The position numbers and the translations under genes are program-made. Shown in pieces: positions 22,420 to 35,104 of a stretch of 38,753 nucleotides of DNA. The notes below the pieces were generated by a model. That model saw nothing but the letters and a program-made list of their open reading frames with translations, was not told where the DNA came from and made no database searches. This DNA comes from Chiloscyllium plagiosum (taxonomy: Eukaryota). The DNA is taken from the NCBI RefSeq assembly GCF_004010195.1, contig NW_025214063.1, positions 1-38,753 of the forward strand. Reading direction: 5' to 3'. Each line of letters opens with the position of its first letter. Position 1 is the stretch's first letter.

Positions 22420-23420
22420 CCTGTCCAAATTTTGGTAAATGATCCTTTCTTGTGCTCCAGTTAGATGCGGTTGCTCACACCATTCTCTCCAGCCCCTGCC
22501 TGTCAAGTTAGATGGAATGCCCTCATTCTTTCTTTTATCTGCAGCCGAATATTCCTTGCAATCTTCCTTTCACTCTCCTGCCATTATCTGTGTTGTCCCC
22601 CACATTCTATCCTTTGTCCTCCCCACTATTTCTCATTATATGCTGCCATTGATGCATATTTGGAGGATGTCACACATCAGTTTTCTCTCACAAGTCTACC
22701 TTTCACAGCTCCTCAACTGTTGTTTGAAATCATTCCGCAGAGACCGGTCTCCCTTTATTTACACAAGGACAGTCCTTGACTATGGTGCCTCTGATGCAGT
22801 ACTAATGTGTCAGTGTCACAGACGCTCACTCTTTTTATGTATCAGCTGGACTCCCTGATTGGACCAACTTCACGGCCCCAGTCAGTGAACCCATATTCTG
22901 AGGTCTAGCTGGCTGACGTCGTTACAAAACATCATAGCTAACTTATCCAACAGCTTTTCCAGTCGCCAGCACTGACAGAGAAGTAATTTGTACCAAAGTA
23001 TTGGTAGGAAACTAAAGCCATTGCTCTTATATTACCTTCTCCAAACTCCATTTACTGGCAACTGACTCCATCCCTGTCACATTTGAGAGAAATTAAGTCT
23101 TTTCAATCTTTAAAGATAATATTTAACCCTGAGATAAACTTCTGACTGCATCATTAAGATGGCATAATGTCATCTTTGTATCAGCTCATATGCAGAAATC
23201 CTCATGACTTTTGCTTATGAACATACATTGGCTCTAAGTCAAGCAACATTTTGACATTTGAAATGCCTGCTTGACATTCTGACTCCCAATCTCTGATCTC
23301 CTTCATGTGAGGTGTTTGCGCACACTTAACAGTAGCCTCTTGAGTGTACCTGGTTTTAATTGTTCTGCCATTTGTGGCTATAGTTACAACTGGCTGACTT
23401 TAAGCTCTGGAAATTGTTTC
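22420..23420 (+). mobile_element. Heavily decayed L2-type LINE
   Basis: Pyrimidine-rich; ggaaactaaagccattgct, ctgactccatccct and atatttaaccctgagataaacttc resemble L2 RT C-terminal sequence. Confidence 0.45.
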
Positions 23421-23990
23421 TATCCCTACGCATTCACCCCAAATCCCAAAAAACAATAACATCTTTCCTCCTTTTAATTCAGAAACTGACCAACTGTAGC
23501 GCTAGTCCACCATTTAGCAAGGTTCTCTGACTGTTCCTGATGTAACCCAGTCGAGCCATCTACAAGGTCCAGGGTTAACTGTTGTTTAAAATCCTGCGTT
23601 AGACTCTGTCACATACCTAAATTCAGCTGTATTGCAATGAAGAATGTTTGAACTTCTTTCAAGGGCTCTGGGTGTTACTGTTGAGAGCATTTCTTTTCAT
23701 CCTGATCGCTCTTGTGGTGATGGTGAACTATCTTTAAACTACCTCAGTGTGTTTTATTCAAGTGCTGATGAGAAGGGAGTTCCAGGATTGTGATAGTGGG
23801 CAAATGATGATATAATTTGAAGTCAGGGCAATGTGTGACTTAGGAGTAGAATGAAGGTTTTTGTGTTTCTGGATGTGGGCATCATGAGTAAAGAGACATT
23901 CACTGTCCACCCTTGGGGCGTTTCAAAGTAGGAAGTCAACTGCCTTCAGCCCTAATCATTTTCCAAGACTAACCTGTCTTTATAATCCAT

Positions 23991-26134
23991 GATTTGGAGA
24001 TGCCAGTGTTGGACTCGGGTGTACAAAGTTAAAATTCACACACCAGGTTATAGTCCAACAGGTTTAATTGGAAGCACACTAGCTTTCAGAGCAACGCTCC
24101 AGGTGATTGTGGAAGGTTCGATCGTAACACAGAATTTATAGCAAAAATTTGCAGTGTGATGTAACTGAAATTATACATTGAAACATTGATTGATTGTCTG
24201 TTAGAATACGGTGATAGTTTCACTTTTTCATGTGTAAATCACAAAACCTTTTGTTTTAAAAGTTGCATTCTCGGGTTAGCTGTTAACAATGGTGATAGCT
24301 AGACAATATGTTGAAGGTGTTAGCCGCTTGTGTTCTCTGTCTATGACCTGATGTTTAGATTGATTCTAATCTAAAAAGTGAGATAATGGAGTTTTACATA
24401 AATTCATGCAGTTTTTGAGCTTCGAGTTCTACATGAATGTATGCAGTTTTTGAGCAAAGTGCAATGTAACTCTGCAAGTACAAATTCACCCCACAAAGTA
24501 TATGTGCATGTGGGTCTTTGTCTGTCTGTGTGTGTCTGTCTGGGGTGCGGGATGTGAGTGTGTGTGTGAGGGAATATCGTGTATGTGTATGTGTATGTGT
24601 ATGTGTGTGTGTGTGTAGTGCAATGGTGATCACCTGTAATGTGACATGAACCCAAGGTCCCGGTTGAGATCCTCCCTATGGGTACCAAACTGAGCTATCA
24701 GCCTCTACTGCCTGTCCCGAAGTCCACCTTGGAGGATGGTCACCCGAAGGTCCGACGCTGAATGTCCTGGACCACTGAAGTGTTCCCCAATTGGGAGGGA
24801 ACCCTCCTGTCCGTTGATTGTTGTGCGGTGCCCATTCATCCGTTGCCGTAGCCTTTGCTCGTTTTCCCCAATGTACCATGCCTCCGGGCATCGTTGCCTG
24901 CAACGTATAAGATAGACAACGTTGGCTGAGTCACATGAGTACCTGCCATGTACAAGGTGGGAGGTGTTCCCACGCTTAATAGTGGTATCTATGTCCACAA
25001 TCTGACATGTCTTGCAGCGTCCACCGTGACCGGAGTTTGTCCTGAGAGCCGGGCAGTTTGCTACGAACAATGATCTGTTTGAGGTTTGGCAGTTGTTTAA
25101 AGGCAAGTAGTGGAGGTGTGGGGAAGGTCTTGGTGAGGTGCTTATCCTCATTGATAATGTGTTGCAGGTCATGAAGAACATGGCGTAATTTTTCAGCCCC
25201 TGGGACAGGAGGGTTCCCTCCCAGTTGGGGAACGCTTCAGTGGTCCAGGACATTCAGCCTCGGACCTTCGGGTGACCATCCTCCAAGGTAGACTTTGGGA
25301 CAAGCAGCAGAGGAACTTGGCCGAGCAGAGGCTGATAGCTCAGTTTGGTACCCATAGGGAGGGCCTCAACTGGGACCTTGGGTTCATGTCACAATACAGG
25401 TGATCACCATTGCACGCACGCGCGCGGACACACGGACACACACACCTACACACGGACACAGGTATACACAGACTCACGCACGGACACCCACATACACACA
25501 CACTTATAGACACACACTTCCCCCACACTCACATGCACCCCCTCACAGACTTAAGACACTCTGCACTCACCACACACACACGCGCACGCACACACATTCT
25601 TTCTCACACTCACAACCCCCACCCCAGACAGACAGACAAAGACCCACATGCACACATATATTTTGTGGGGTGAATTTGTACTTGCAGAGTTACATTGCAC
25701 TTTGCTCAAAAACTGCATGCATTCATGCAGAACTCGAAGCTCAAAAACTGCATAAATTTATGTAGAACTCCATTATCTCACTTTTTAGATTAGAATCAAT
25801 CTAAACATCAGGTCATAGATAGAGAACACAGGGGGCCAACACCTTCAACATATTGTCTAGCTATCACCATTGTTAACAGCTAACCCGAGAATGCAACTTT
25901 TAAAACAAAAGGTTTTGTGATTTACACGTGAAAGAAGTGAAACTATTACTGTATTCTAACAATACATTTTTCAATGTATAATTTCAGTTACATCATAGTG
26001 CAAATTTTTGCTATAAATTCTGTGTTACGATCGAGCCCTCCACTATCACCAGATGAAGAAGCGTCGCTCCGAAAGCTAGTGTGCTTCCAATTAAACCTGT
26101 TGGACTATAACCTGGTGTTGTGTGATTTTTAACT
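23991..26134. mobile_element. 2.1 kb fold-back Penelope-like element (Cys-rich linker plus GIY-YIG; inverted arms ~24027-24812 and ~25203-26134)
   Basis: Minus strand CKTCQIV..GRYSCDSANVVYLIRCRQRCPEAWYIGENEQRLRQRMNGHR..PIGEHFSGPGH. Arms are reverse complements, include CA-rich tracts and end in mutated hammerhead cores. Exact 11-bp direct repeat ctgtctttata at 23974-23984 and 26135-26145. Confidence 0.92.
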
Positions 26135-27908
26135 CTGTCTTTATAGAACATCATTAGCATTGTAAGGCACAAAGGGTATAGTCAGTTACTGAACCATATA
26201 GCTGATGAGATCTAATGACCAATAGCTTGATTAAAGTGAGTGGTAGAGGAGAATCTTAAAGGGTCAAAATGATGTAATGAAGGAGTCAGCACTTTCAGGA
26301 GAGGGTGACGAGATTAAGATCGTGTCTACTCTCCTTTTTTTTTCTGCAGTGCAACCTCTTATAAATCCTGTCATCCTTGCATGTTCTGAGCCTTCCAGTG
26401 CTTCAATGTCTCTTAATCGAGGTCAGTTATCCAAATCTGTATTGAGATATTTTCAAAAATGGCTCAGTTATTCTGAGTTCAAGTGACTTAATTTGCTTGA
26501 AATGTGATTGGCAATCTTGTTACATAATTGTGTGTACATTTTCTCCAATTTACTTTTTGCAAGAAGATCAGTTTGCTTAGTTTCTATTATATTGTATTAA
26601 ATGATAAATTTTTCACATTTACAGGAAGATTTCAAGTTTACTTAGTAAATTTCCTACACTCTTAATCTGAGAGGATTAAATTCAGACTAATATATGCAGA
26701 AACTGTTGATGAATTCATGCATGAATTCAGCCTTTCAATACTTGCAGGGTTTTTTGTGATGAATCTTAAGTTACGAAGTTGTCTCATCTAAGAATTTTTT
26801 TTTGACTGATACAAAAATTAATTGCTGCCTCTGTTAAATTCTAGTTTATATTCACATCTTAAACTAGGTGGCTGAGAGCTGACGTGTTTATATTTGTGTT
26901 GTTGTGTAAGTTGTACCATTTGGGATGATTTAATTTTTAAAAAATGCTTTGGGGTAGACCATTCTAATTCAACTTCATATTATAAGGAAAATTGTTGCAA
27001 TTGGTCCTGCTTGCCTTCAGAAAGATAGTTGGTGCATTATTGTGTGGAGTTCATTTTGATCAAATATGCTTTCTGTACCATGAAATGTTGGAAGTATCAT
27101 CCGAAAATTGGAGAAGTCAGAAATTACAAATCTCTGACCAGTATTAAACCTCATTGCTCTGTAAGTGAGTGATTTTTCAGAGCTGGGATTTATATCAAAC
27201 AACGCTATTTGCACAGTATATGGATTATCATGAAAATGCTTCATATGAGTAGTTTTTGATCTGAGTTTGAAGAATTGAGTATTGTGCCTGGGTTGTCTTT
27301 TTGAAAAGTTCAGTTTTTTCAGCAAAGCATTTTGTGAAAATCTTGATTGCTCTATCTTCCTTCAAGGAAAATACCTGCTGACTTTTTCTGTTCTGTTAAA
27401 ACATTATTTTTCTGATTTGGAATTTGTATTGATTTTCAGCTGGGAAAGCAATCCCAGTTTGTCTTGTTTTTGAATCATTTCTTGAGAGGCCAGGTTGAAA
27501 CCAGGTTGTTTTTATAGAAGTGTGACTGAAAGAACTTCCCAATATGGTATTTCCTGAGCAAACTGTCTGCCAGAGCACCAGAGACAGCCTGAATGTCTCT
27601 CATCACGCGTTTACTGCACCAGATTGACAGACCTCAAACTTTCTATGCCTGAACTTTGTTTATTTTGAACAATAACCACTATTGGCCAGAAAGTTTTTTT
27701 TTCCCCCCGAGTAACTCATTACAGAAAGGAATCAGTTTTTGTTTTCTTCCACATTTCCACCCTCCATATAGCTGAATTGTTTGTGTTTTGGGTTATTTAG
27801 CGGGATAAATATTTATATTTCCATATCGCACATACATTTACCAATTCTGCATCTTTGTTTTGTTTTCATCATAACATAATTTTGTGTATATTGAAGAAAC
27901 CTAGTTGC

Positions 27909-28166
27909 TAGATTAGATTAGATAAGATTCCCTACATTTGGAAACAGGCCCTTCGGCCCAACCAGTCCACACCGACCCTCTGAAGAATAACCCAGCCAGA
28001 CCCATTTCCCACTGACTAATGCACCTAACACCACGCAATTTAGCATGGCCAATTCACCTGACCTGCACATCTTTGGGCTGTGGGAGGAATCGCCCGAGGC
28101 TGGAATCGAACAGGAGCCCTGGTGCTGTGAAGCAGCAGTGCTAACCACTGAGCCACCGTGCCGCCC
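27909..28166 (-). mobile_element. HE1/V-SINE-type tRNA-derived SINE with internal deletion
   Basis: Minus strand gggcggcacggTGGCTCAGTGGttagcac (A box)..GTTCGATTCC (B box), jumping to ttcctcccacagcccaaagatg and ending gggccgaagggcctgtttcc plus an (ATCTA)n tail. Confidence 0.9.
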
Positions 28167-29249
28167 CTAATCTTTTCATTCTCAATCTAATATAGAGAAA
28201 GCACCTCATCGGCAATCTCTTGATTTGAAGTCCGAGAGATCTACAGCACAGAAAGAGGCTACTTGTTTATCAAGTCTGCATTGGTCAAAAACAAGTACTA
28301 GCTATTTCAACTTCATTTTCCAGCAGTTGCCTATAGATTTGTATGTCTTGGCATTGTAAGTAGACATCTAAATACTGCTAAAAATATACGAGGCTTGCCT
28401 TGCATAAAATATATTTTTGTTCCATATTGAAACTTATGGAGTAGTGTAACTAAAGCAACAGTGCAGTGCATTCCTCTCATCTCAATTGTAACAGAATCGA
28501 AGAGTACAGAGAATTTAAATAGCAGCTTTGGAAGTTAATTTTGGGTAATGGTTGCCAGGTTTGGCTGTAGTGCATGGCCCAGTAAACCCAAGAGCTGCAC
28601 AGGAGAATGGGACCTGAATTACACTTGATGACTTTCAGCAGTCAGGAAGTACAGTCCTTGTGTTCTTGATTGTTAGCATCCTCGCCAAACCTATTTAGAT
28701 CCCATCTTGTCTTGCAGAGACCTCTACCCATCATTGTTTTCCTTGTTTGGAATAATTGTTTTTAAGTTCTTGTTACAGAAAAAAATTCTGCTTGAAATTA
28801 ATGGACAGAAAATTACAGATTGGGAGTGTTAAATTTATAAACTACTGGGCCTGAATTGAAAAATTATTGGTTTCATGACTGCAGGAAGCAAGGTTTTCAA
28901 ATTTTCTTTGAACAAGTATTTTATCAAAGTTCTTTAAAGCAGAGTATCCTTGAGCAATCTAGGATTTAAAAAAAAATAACTCTTTTTCACCTTTTCCTCT
29001 CTTCCTTGCCCATGCTTTTTCCCCCCTCCCCACCTTTGTTTAGTGACTATTCTTGTTTTAGTTTGTTATAGCTGAAATTTACAGTACGTTCTTCAAAAAG
29101 TTTTAATTTTGCCACATACCTTCACGTTATTCAAGAGAGATATCTTTGAATTGATAGATTTGTAATACTGAGGTCATTAATGGACTGAAGCAATATTTTA
29201 CTGAATTTTGTTTGGAAACTTTGCTTCAAAAAGGTTACCATTTAAAATT

Positions 29250-29790
29250 CAAACCTTCCCAATCTGTGACCTCTACCACCAAGAAAGACAATGTCTGTTT
29301 GAAATTGATTGATTGGGAGCACTTCCACTGTCAGTACCTCACCAAACAACACACTATCCTGACGATATACTAATCCTCATTCCTTTGCAATTGCTAGGTC
29401 AATAAATGTTGGCCTAGCCAGCAACATCTGCAAACAATTTAAAAAAAAAAGTCTCTTTCCCTCGCCCTTTTTTCAGTTTGCAAAATTTATGCTTACACTA
29501 GAACAGCTGAGTAGAATTGTTTTGTGCTGTAAAACTGCTCACCAAAAGAGCAAGAAAAACAAACATGGGAGCACCACTACTTGCAGGTTTCCCTTCAAGC
29601 CATGTAGCACCCTGAATTAGGACTATAATCACCGCTGAATCAGCATCCTAGAATTCTTTCCTAACTGCACTGTGGGTGTAACTAAACCACAACAGTTTTA
29701 AAAAGGCAACTCTCCCACTACCTTGAGGACAATTGACAATGGGAATAAAATCTGGTCTAGCCAGATTTCCCCATTGAAGATGTTTCTTAT
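29250..29790 (+). mobile_element. Two decayed LINE 3'-end remnants
   Basis: ccttcccaatctgtgacctctaccaccaagaaagacaa; atgggagcaccactacttgcaggtttcccttcaagcca; aataaatgttggcctagccagc. Same tail family as 10690-10800 and 18738-18830. Confidence 0.45.
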
Positions 29791-30467
29791 TGTTCATGAG
29801 AGTGTATAGTCATGGAGGTTGTCTAATTTATGGTCTGCTTGCGTTATTGGACAGTTGCAGTCAGAAATGCTCAGTGTTGATGGTTTCTAAGGTTATGGAG
29901 TCTTCCCATAATGTAAACAAGGTGAATTTCACAACATAGGAGCAAATGACAAAGAAACGTATGAACATTTGTACAAGAACTTTCTGTAATTCAAAATTTG
30001 GCTATTTATCAGCATTCCTTTCTGAGGGCAGAAAAACACAAGCTAATAATGATGAGCCACACACTTATTTCATATCCAATTGAACACCTGGCCTTCTGGA
30101 ATAGTAAAATGGTGATGTATGGTAAAATTGCAATTAATGGATTTCCTGCTACCTGACGAACCATTGGGTGCAAAGCAGCTTTGCTGATCCGCAGAGGTAC
30201 AGTATACCATACTTAATGTCTAGTAGAACCAAATGATGGTTCCAGACCACTAAACTATTGTGAGAACACTAATGTTTAACTTTGGTGTTAAACATGGATG
30301 CAATGCAACACATTTTCTAAACAAAATTTTTTTTTATAGCTTGCAGTAGGACAAAATGTTCTGAACCCTCTGCCTTAAAGAATTTTGGCCATTTCTACTT
30401 ATTCCATTAAGATTCGTCGAAAGCTCTTAATTACCTGGTCAAGGACTGCCACTTGAGTACAATAAAA

Positions 30468-32500
30468 AGAGAAAATGCTGAGTGTAGCCAATGGGTTGGC
30501 TACCATTGTGGAGAGACATTGCTACAAAACACCAAATCAGTGACCTTCATTAGAACCGGAAAGGTTTGAGTAGAATAGATTTTATACAAGTGAAATTTGG
30601 GGGAGGATTTAAAAAAGAACATGCAACTGTAATACAGAATAAGGCAGAAAACCGTAAATGAGAAGAGTTGGTGATTAAAGTCCAAAATGTGAGGTGTGCA
30701 TGGTAGAGTAGTGAGTTAGGTGACAGCTGAAAACAAAAGCAGCAGATAAAAAGCATGACCAGAAAATGAAGCAAAACCACTGGAGAGATTCCGATCTGAA
30801 TTTGTTGGCAATGTTGAGTCTGGATAGCTGCAAAGTGCCTCATTCAAAGATGAGGTGGTGTTCTCTGTATTTTTGTTGACCTTCAGGGTAATGCAATAGG
30901 AGTCTTAAGGACAAGGTGTAGAACAAAAATGGCAGGTTACTAGAACCTCTGGCTCGAGCTTGTGTTCTGCAAAGCAATCATTCATAGTGCACCTGGCATT
31001 TCATTGTAGACGACCACATTCTGAACAGTGAATATAGTGTACTAGGTGGAAAGCAGTGCATTTAAATCGCTTTCACTTGGAGTGAGTGTTTGGATTTTAA
31101 ATCTTGAAGCAATGGGAAATTAAAGGCAGTTGCTTTGTGCTTTTCATGAGAGGTGCTGCAGGAAGGGAGCAAGGTGTTGAGGATTATTTAGGCGTTTCCA
31201 TTGGAGGAAGTTCCTTTGTAGATCTGAAAGTGTTTGGGGGCAATGCCTTTGGAATAATTGTGCTGGAAGTGCCACAAGTGGCAGAGGTTAATCTGCAGAT
31301 AGGGTGGTGCAAAAAGACAGGGAATGCAACTTTACCTTGAGGGCAGAGGTAAATGGATGAGAACAGAAGAGCAGGACATGTCAGACACAACCAAGGGTTT
31401 TGTCAATGATACTGGCGAGAAATCCTTTCTTTCTAATCAACTTGTTCAGAGATGTAATAACACTCCTCTGAAGCAGGTCGAACTTGAACCCAGTCCTCAT
31501 GGCTCAGAGGTAGGGATGCTGCCACTAACACATTCCCCCTTGGGCAGAATCCTTAGCTGATGAAGGCACATCTGAAGCTCTAATGTGGGAATTCTATAAT
31601 CAGAATTGATGAAACACACTGAGGGAGTGGGAATCCTTATGAAAGGAGAGCAGTTGACCTAGCTGTGCAAGTCAGTAAGCTTGGAGGTCTCATTTGTTTT
31701 GATCCACATATCTGGGGATAGGCAGGGATATCAAGGAAGGAAAGAGAAAAGGCAGATGAAAGTGAAATTTAGAAGCAAGGTTGATTTTTTTTTCCAGCTT
31801 TGGCTGAAAGCAGAAAACTGTACTAATGCTCTAATACTAAAGGAAAAATAGGCATTTTCAGACTGGAAAAAAAAAATTCCAGGTATCCCACACAAAAAAA
31901 GGCACAGTTTCATCCCATACGAATAGCTCTTATTTAGAGCATGTCAGTGGACTTAAATGAGATGTTGTTCAATGCCAGATCAAATTAAGCCTAGTGGAAG
32001 ATGTTGGTGGTTGATGAAGACTGGGCATCAGTTTAAGGACAAAAAGCCATCCTGATGGGAATGGAGGTGTAGGAAGATTTGGGTTCTATGGTGGAGGAAA
32101 TGGTTAGAGCCAGTAAGTGGAAAGTGTTACTGAGGGATTCGGATCACCAGAGGCAACAGGTTAGTGACAGCTCTGGAAGCAATAGTTTGATGTTTGTTGG
32201 GGCTGTAGTCCATGGGAAGGTGGAGTCAAGTGTCTTGAGATTTGGCACTCAGATGGCTTGTTTGCCAGTTAACAGAAGCACCCGTGGCAGCATGTTAAAT
32301 AACAATATTATGGTTGTATCTAAGAGAACAGCGTGTGGCAACTTCAGAGGGCAACCTGCTCATATGTGAGAGGATACAACAAGTGTGACTGTCAATTTGA
32401 TTTAAAAAGAATCAAGAGGAAGAAAGAGGCTAGAGGGAAGCACCCAATTATAAAGAGTGTGGTAAAATGTCCTCTGAGTGCATCCTCTAGAGAATGTAAG
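30468..32500 (-). mobile_element. Old, decayed PLE-like element
   Basis: aaaaagagaaaatgctg..gtggagaga..gaccttcattagaac terminus and aatgttgagtc..gctgcaaagtgcct..aagatgaggtggtgttc resemble the reverse strand of a recalled shark PLE. Purine-rich on +; right boundary vague. Confidence 0.45.
31430..31535 (-). mobile_element. Short tRNA-derived SINE nested in the old element
   Basis: Minus strand agtggcagcatccctacctctgagcc..GGGTTCAAGTTCgacctgcttcagagg..acatctctgaacaagttgattagaa (A/B-box-like). Confidence 0.55.
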
Positions 32501-35104
32501 GAATTTGAAACGAAAGACAAGTGTTTTTCTTGATTTTAATGGATGAATTTTATTACTCAGTATACATCCAGTCAGTAACTATAGCATTGGACATTCAGTC
32601 TCTTAAGTCTGTTGATTTGCATAACTGCTTTAATTCTGAATTCCAATCTAGGATTACATGAACGTGAAACAAAAGTTCTTAAGCCGACAAAGTTTACTAT
32701 TGTGAATTAATGATGAGTTATATCAAACAATAACTTGCACTGATAAGTAGGTTTTAATTTTATAAAGTTCCATGCTGAAATACATGATCTGAAGATTCAC
32801 AATGTTGCCATGTATGGAAAAACCTATTGCTTTCTGACAATATGCCGACTTGTAATGGGTTTTGGTGAGTTACTGTTTACTACAGTGAATCAAAGATAAC
32901 TGACAAGGAATTGAGAAGTGTGTAACTGCTGCCAAATAGAAATTAATGTTACCAAGTTGAAAATTAATTTGCTAAATTTAAAGGACAATAATCTTTAATA
33001 GATAGCTGCCTATTTAGTTACACTGCAAGTTACGCAGTGTTATCAAAGCCCCAGTAGTGTGCTTTTTTTTCTAAAATTTCAATTGACGACAACTGATGGG
33101 CACCTTGAATTTGAAATTGTGCCCCAAGAGAAACATTACAAATAATGTAGAGTTTTGTGATTGTAGATTTCATAGTATCCACTTAATTGATTATGCTAAT
33201 TTATGTGCATCATCTTGGTTATGTACATGTGTTCTCTTCAGAATGTTCTGTTTGCTCAAGTGTTCTCAATTTACATTAATACAGCATGTGATTTGCCGAA
33301 CTGCACAAAGGGGCTTTTCAGTCTTGATGAATCCATGTTGAGTTGAATAAGTTTGTATAGAATCCATTGTTTGAGGCATTCTGTGGAACACTTAGTGTCT
33401 TTACGAACAATCTTATAACCATAGCATTTTTTGCTACAAAATGCTTACACCATGACTGCCCCTTTTCTAATTTCAAAATTCAGAAGGCTGTCTCATATAC
33501 TTGAGATAAGTTGGCAAGTACATTTTATTTTGTTCTATTCACCCTTTGATAGTGCATTTGTCATGTTTGCTTTTTACGAGCAATTGTCTTGTGTAAGTAA
33601 AAGTGATGTTCTGTGTTGTGTTCCTTTTGTACATTCAATTATGTCAATGCACTACTTCAATTTTAAGGAAAATATAATATTTTTCCGAAGGTGAAGATGA
33701 GAATATATTTAAGGTCATGTTATTATACTTATTGGGAACTGTGTATTTTACATGTCAAATTTTCAATTGTACAACTTTATTCACCTTCAAATTAGATTTT
33801 ATTGCACCATATTCAAGTTTAGGCATACATGAGTACAGTGAAAAGTGTACAAAAGTTGCCATTCTCTGGTACCATCTTGGTTACTTAGCTAGAATTTTCA
33901 GAAATACTAAAGAGTAGCAATACTATATTCTTGACCAGATTTAAACTTCAGTATTCTGTATGGTCTGTTCCAGTTAATTCTTAATTTTATTTGTCCAGTG
34001 ATGAAATTTAATGTACATAAAACAGTGCTCTGTACAGTTGGAATGGCAGAAATTTACAGCTGACTGTAAAAAGCCAAAGCACAGAAATCTCATTTTCTTC
34101 ATAAGTTGTCCTTTTCAGATGATATAAGACTTTGCCAATTGGGTGCTGTGATCTTGATAAATAAGGTCACTGCTCTTTCCAGGCAATAGAGGCCGGTTCA
34201 TTCCATTTTTCAATATTAGAATCGCAGGATGCCAAGAAATTTCTGTCTTAAATTTTTTTTAAATTATAAAGCAGCCAACCAGTTTTTAAAAAATAATTTA
34301 TTAAAGCCCTCCTCCTTATAAGCACGTTCCCTTGTGTCTGTCTGTCTGTCTGCCTGCTTTTAAGCAAAGGACTAGAAGGTAGTACAATTGATGCCTATGA
34401 TTCTGGAATGGAATATTATAAGCTAGAGTCCTCCTTGTAACCTTTCTACTGAATATTTTGAAGAAAGGCATATTGGTGACTACTGAAGATACAGGTAAAG
34501 ATATACTTGATCAAGAAATAGCAATTCAAGATCTCTCAAGCTGTGTTTCAGTTACTTATGAAACCTAAGTGGTACAACAAAACTGATTGCAGTTCTTTTG
34601 AAACTGTGTATGCAGTGACATAATTCTCTGAAGACATATTTGGATGTTCAATTTTGTGTTTAGTTTGTGTTTATTTTCAGTTCTTTGTGCATTGGGTGAC
34701 TATCTTTTTGTCTGAAGTTGAGAGCAGCAAATTGTTCACAGATTGTAAACATACTGTGTTTGACCTATAGAATAATTAGTATGCCATGGTAAACGTGTTG
34801 ATCACCATGTATGAGTTAATGAACCAAGCAAGGGCCAGGTGTGTTGCAGGGAGATTTGCTCCTGATAATTGGGAGGATTTAAATTAACTTGACAATGGTG
34901 TGCAGACCAGGGCATAAACTTGGAGGGGAAAATCAAGGTGCACAGACTTGAGACTTGAGTAGTATATAGTAACTTATGAGATGGCGTCAGAGCAAGAAGC
35001 AATGTATTAATGTCTAGTTTTGGTTTACTGTGCACACAAGACCGTATTGATTGTATAAAATAAATTTGGAGCTGCAGTTGCAGGATATTCATGTGGAACT
35101 TTGA

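Noticed and set aside
24705..25253. 182-aa GIY-YIG ORF as a domesticated nuclease gene
   Set aside because: Chimeric across the inversion junction, no proper start, truncated C-terminus; a retroelement fragment.
24394..25765. His/Thr-repeat ORFs (HTHTHT)
   Set aside because: Translations of the CA/TG-rich tracts inside the PLE arms.
28095..28166. tRNA-like A/B box sequence (also near 12740 and 31430-31535)
   Set aside because: Continuous with SINE bodies and no complete cloverleaf evident; SINE heads, not tRNA genes.
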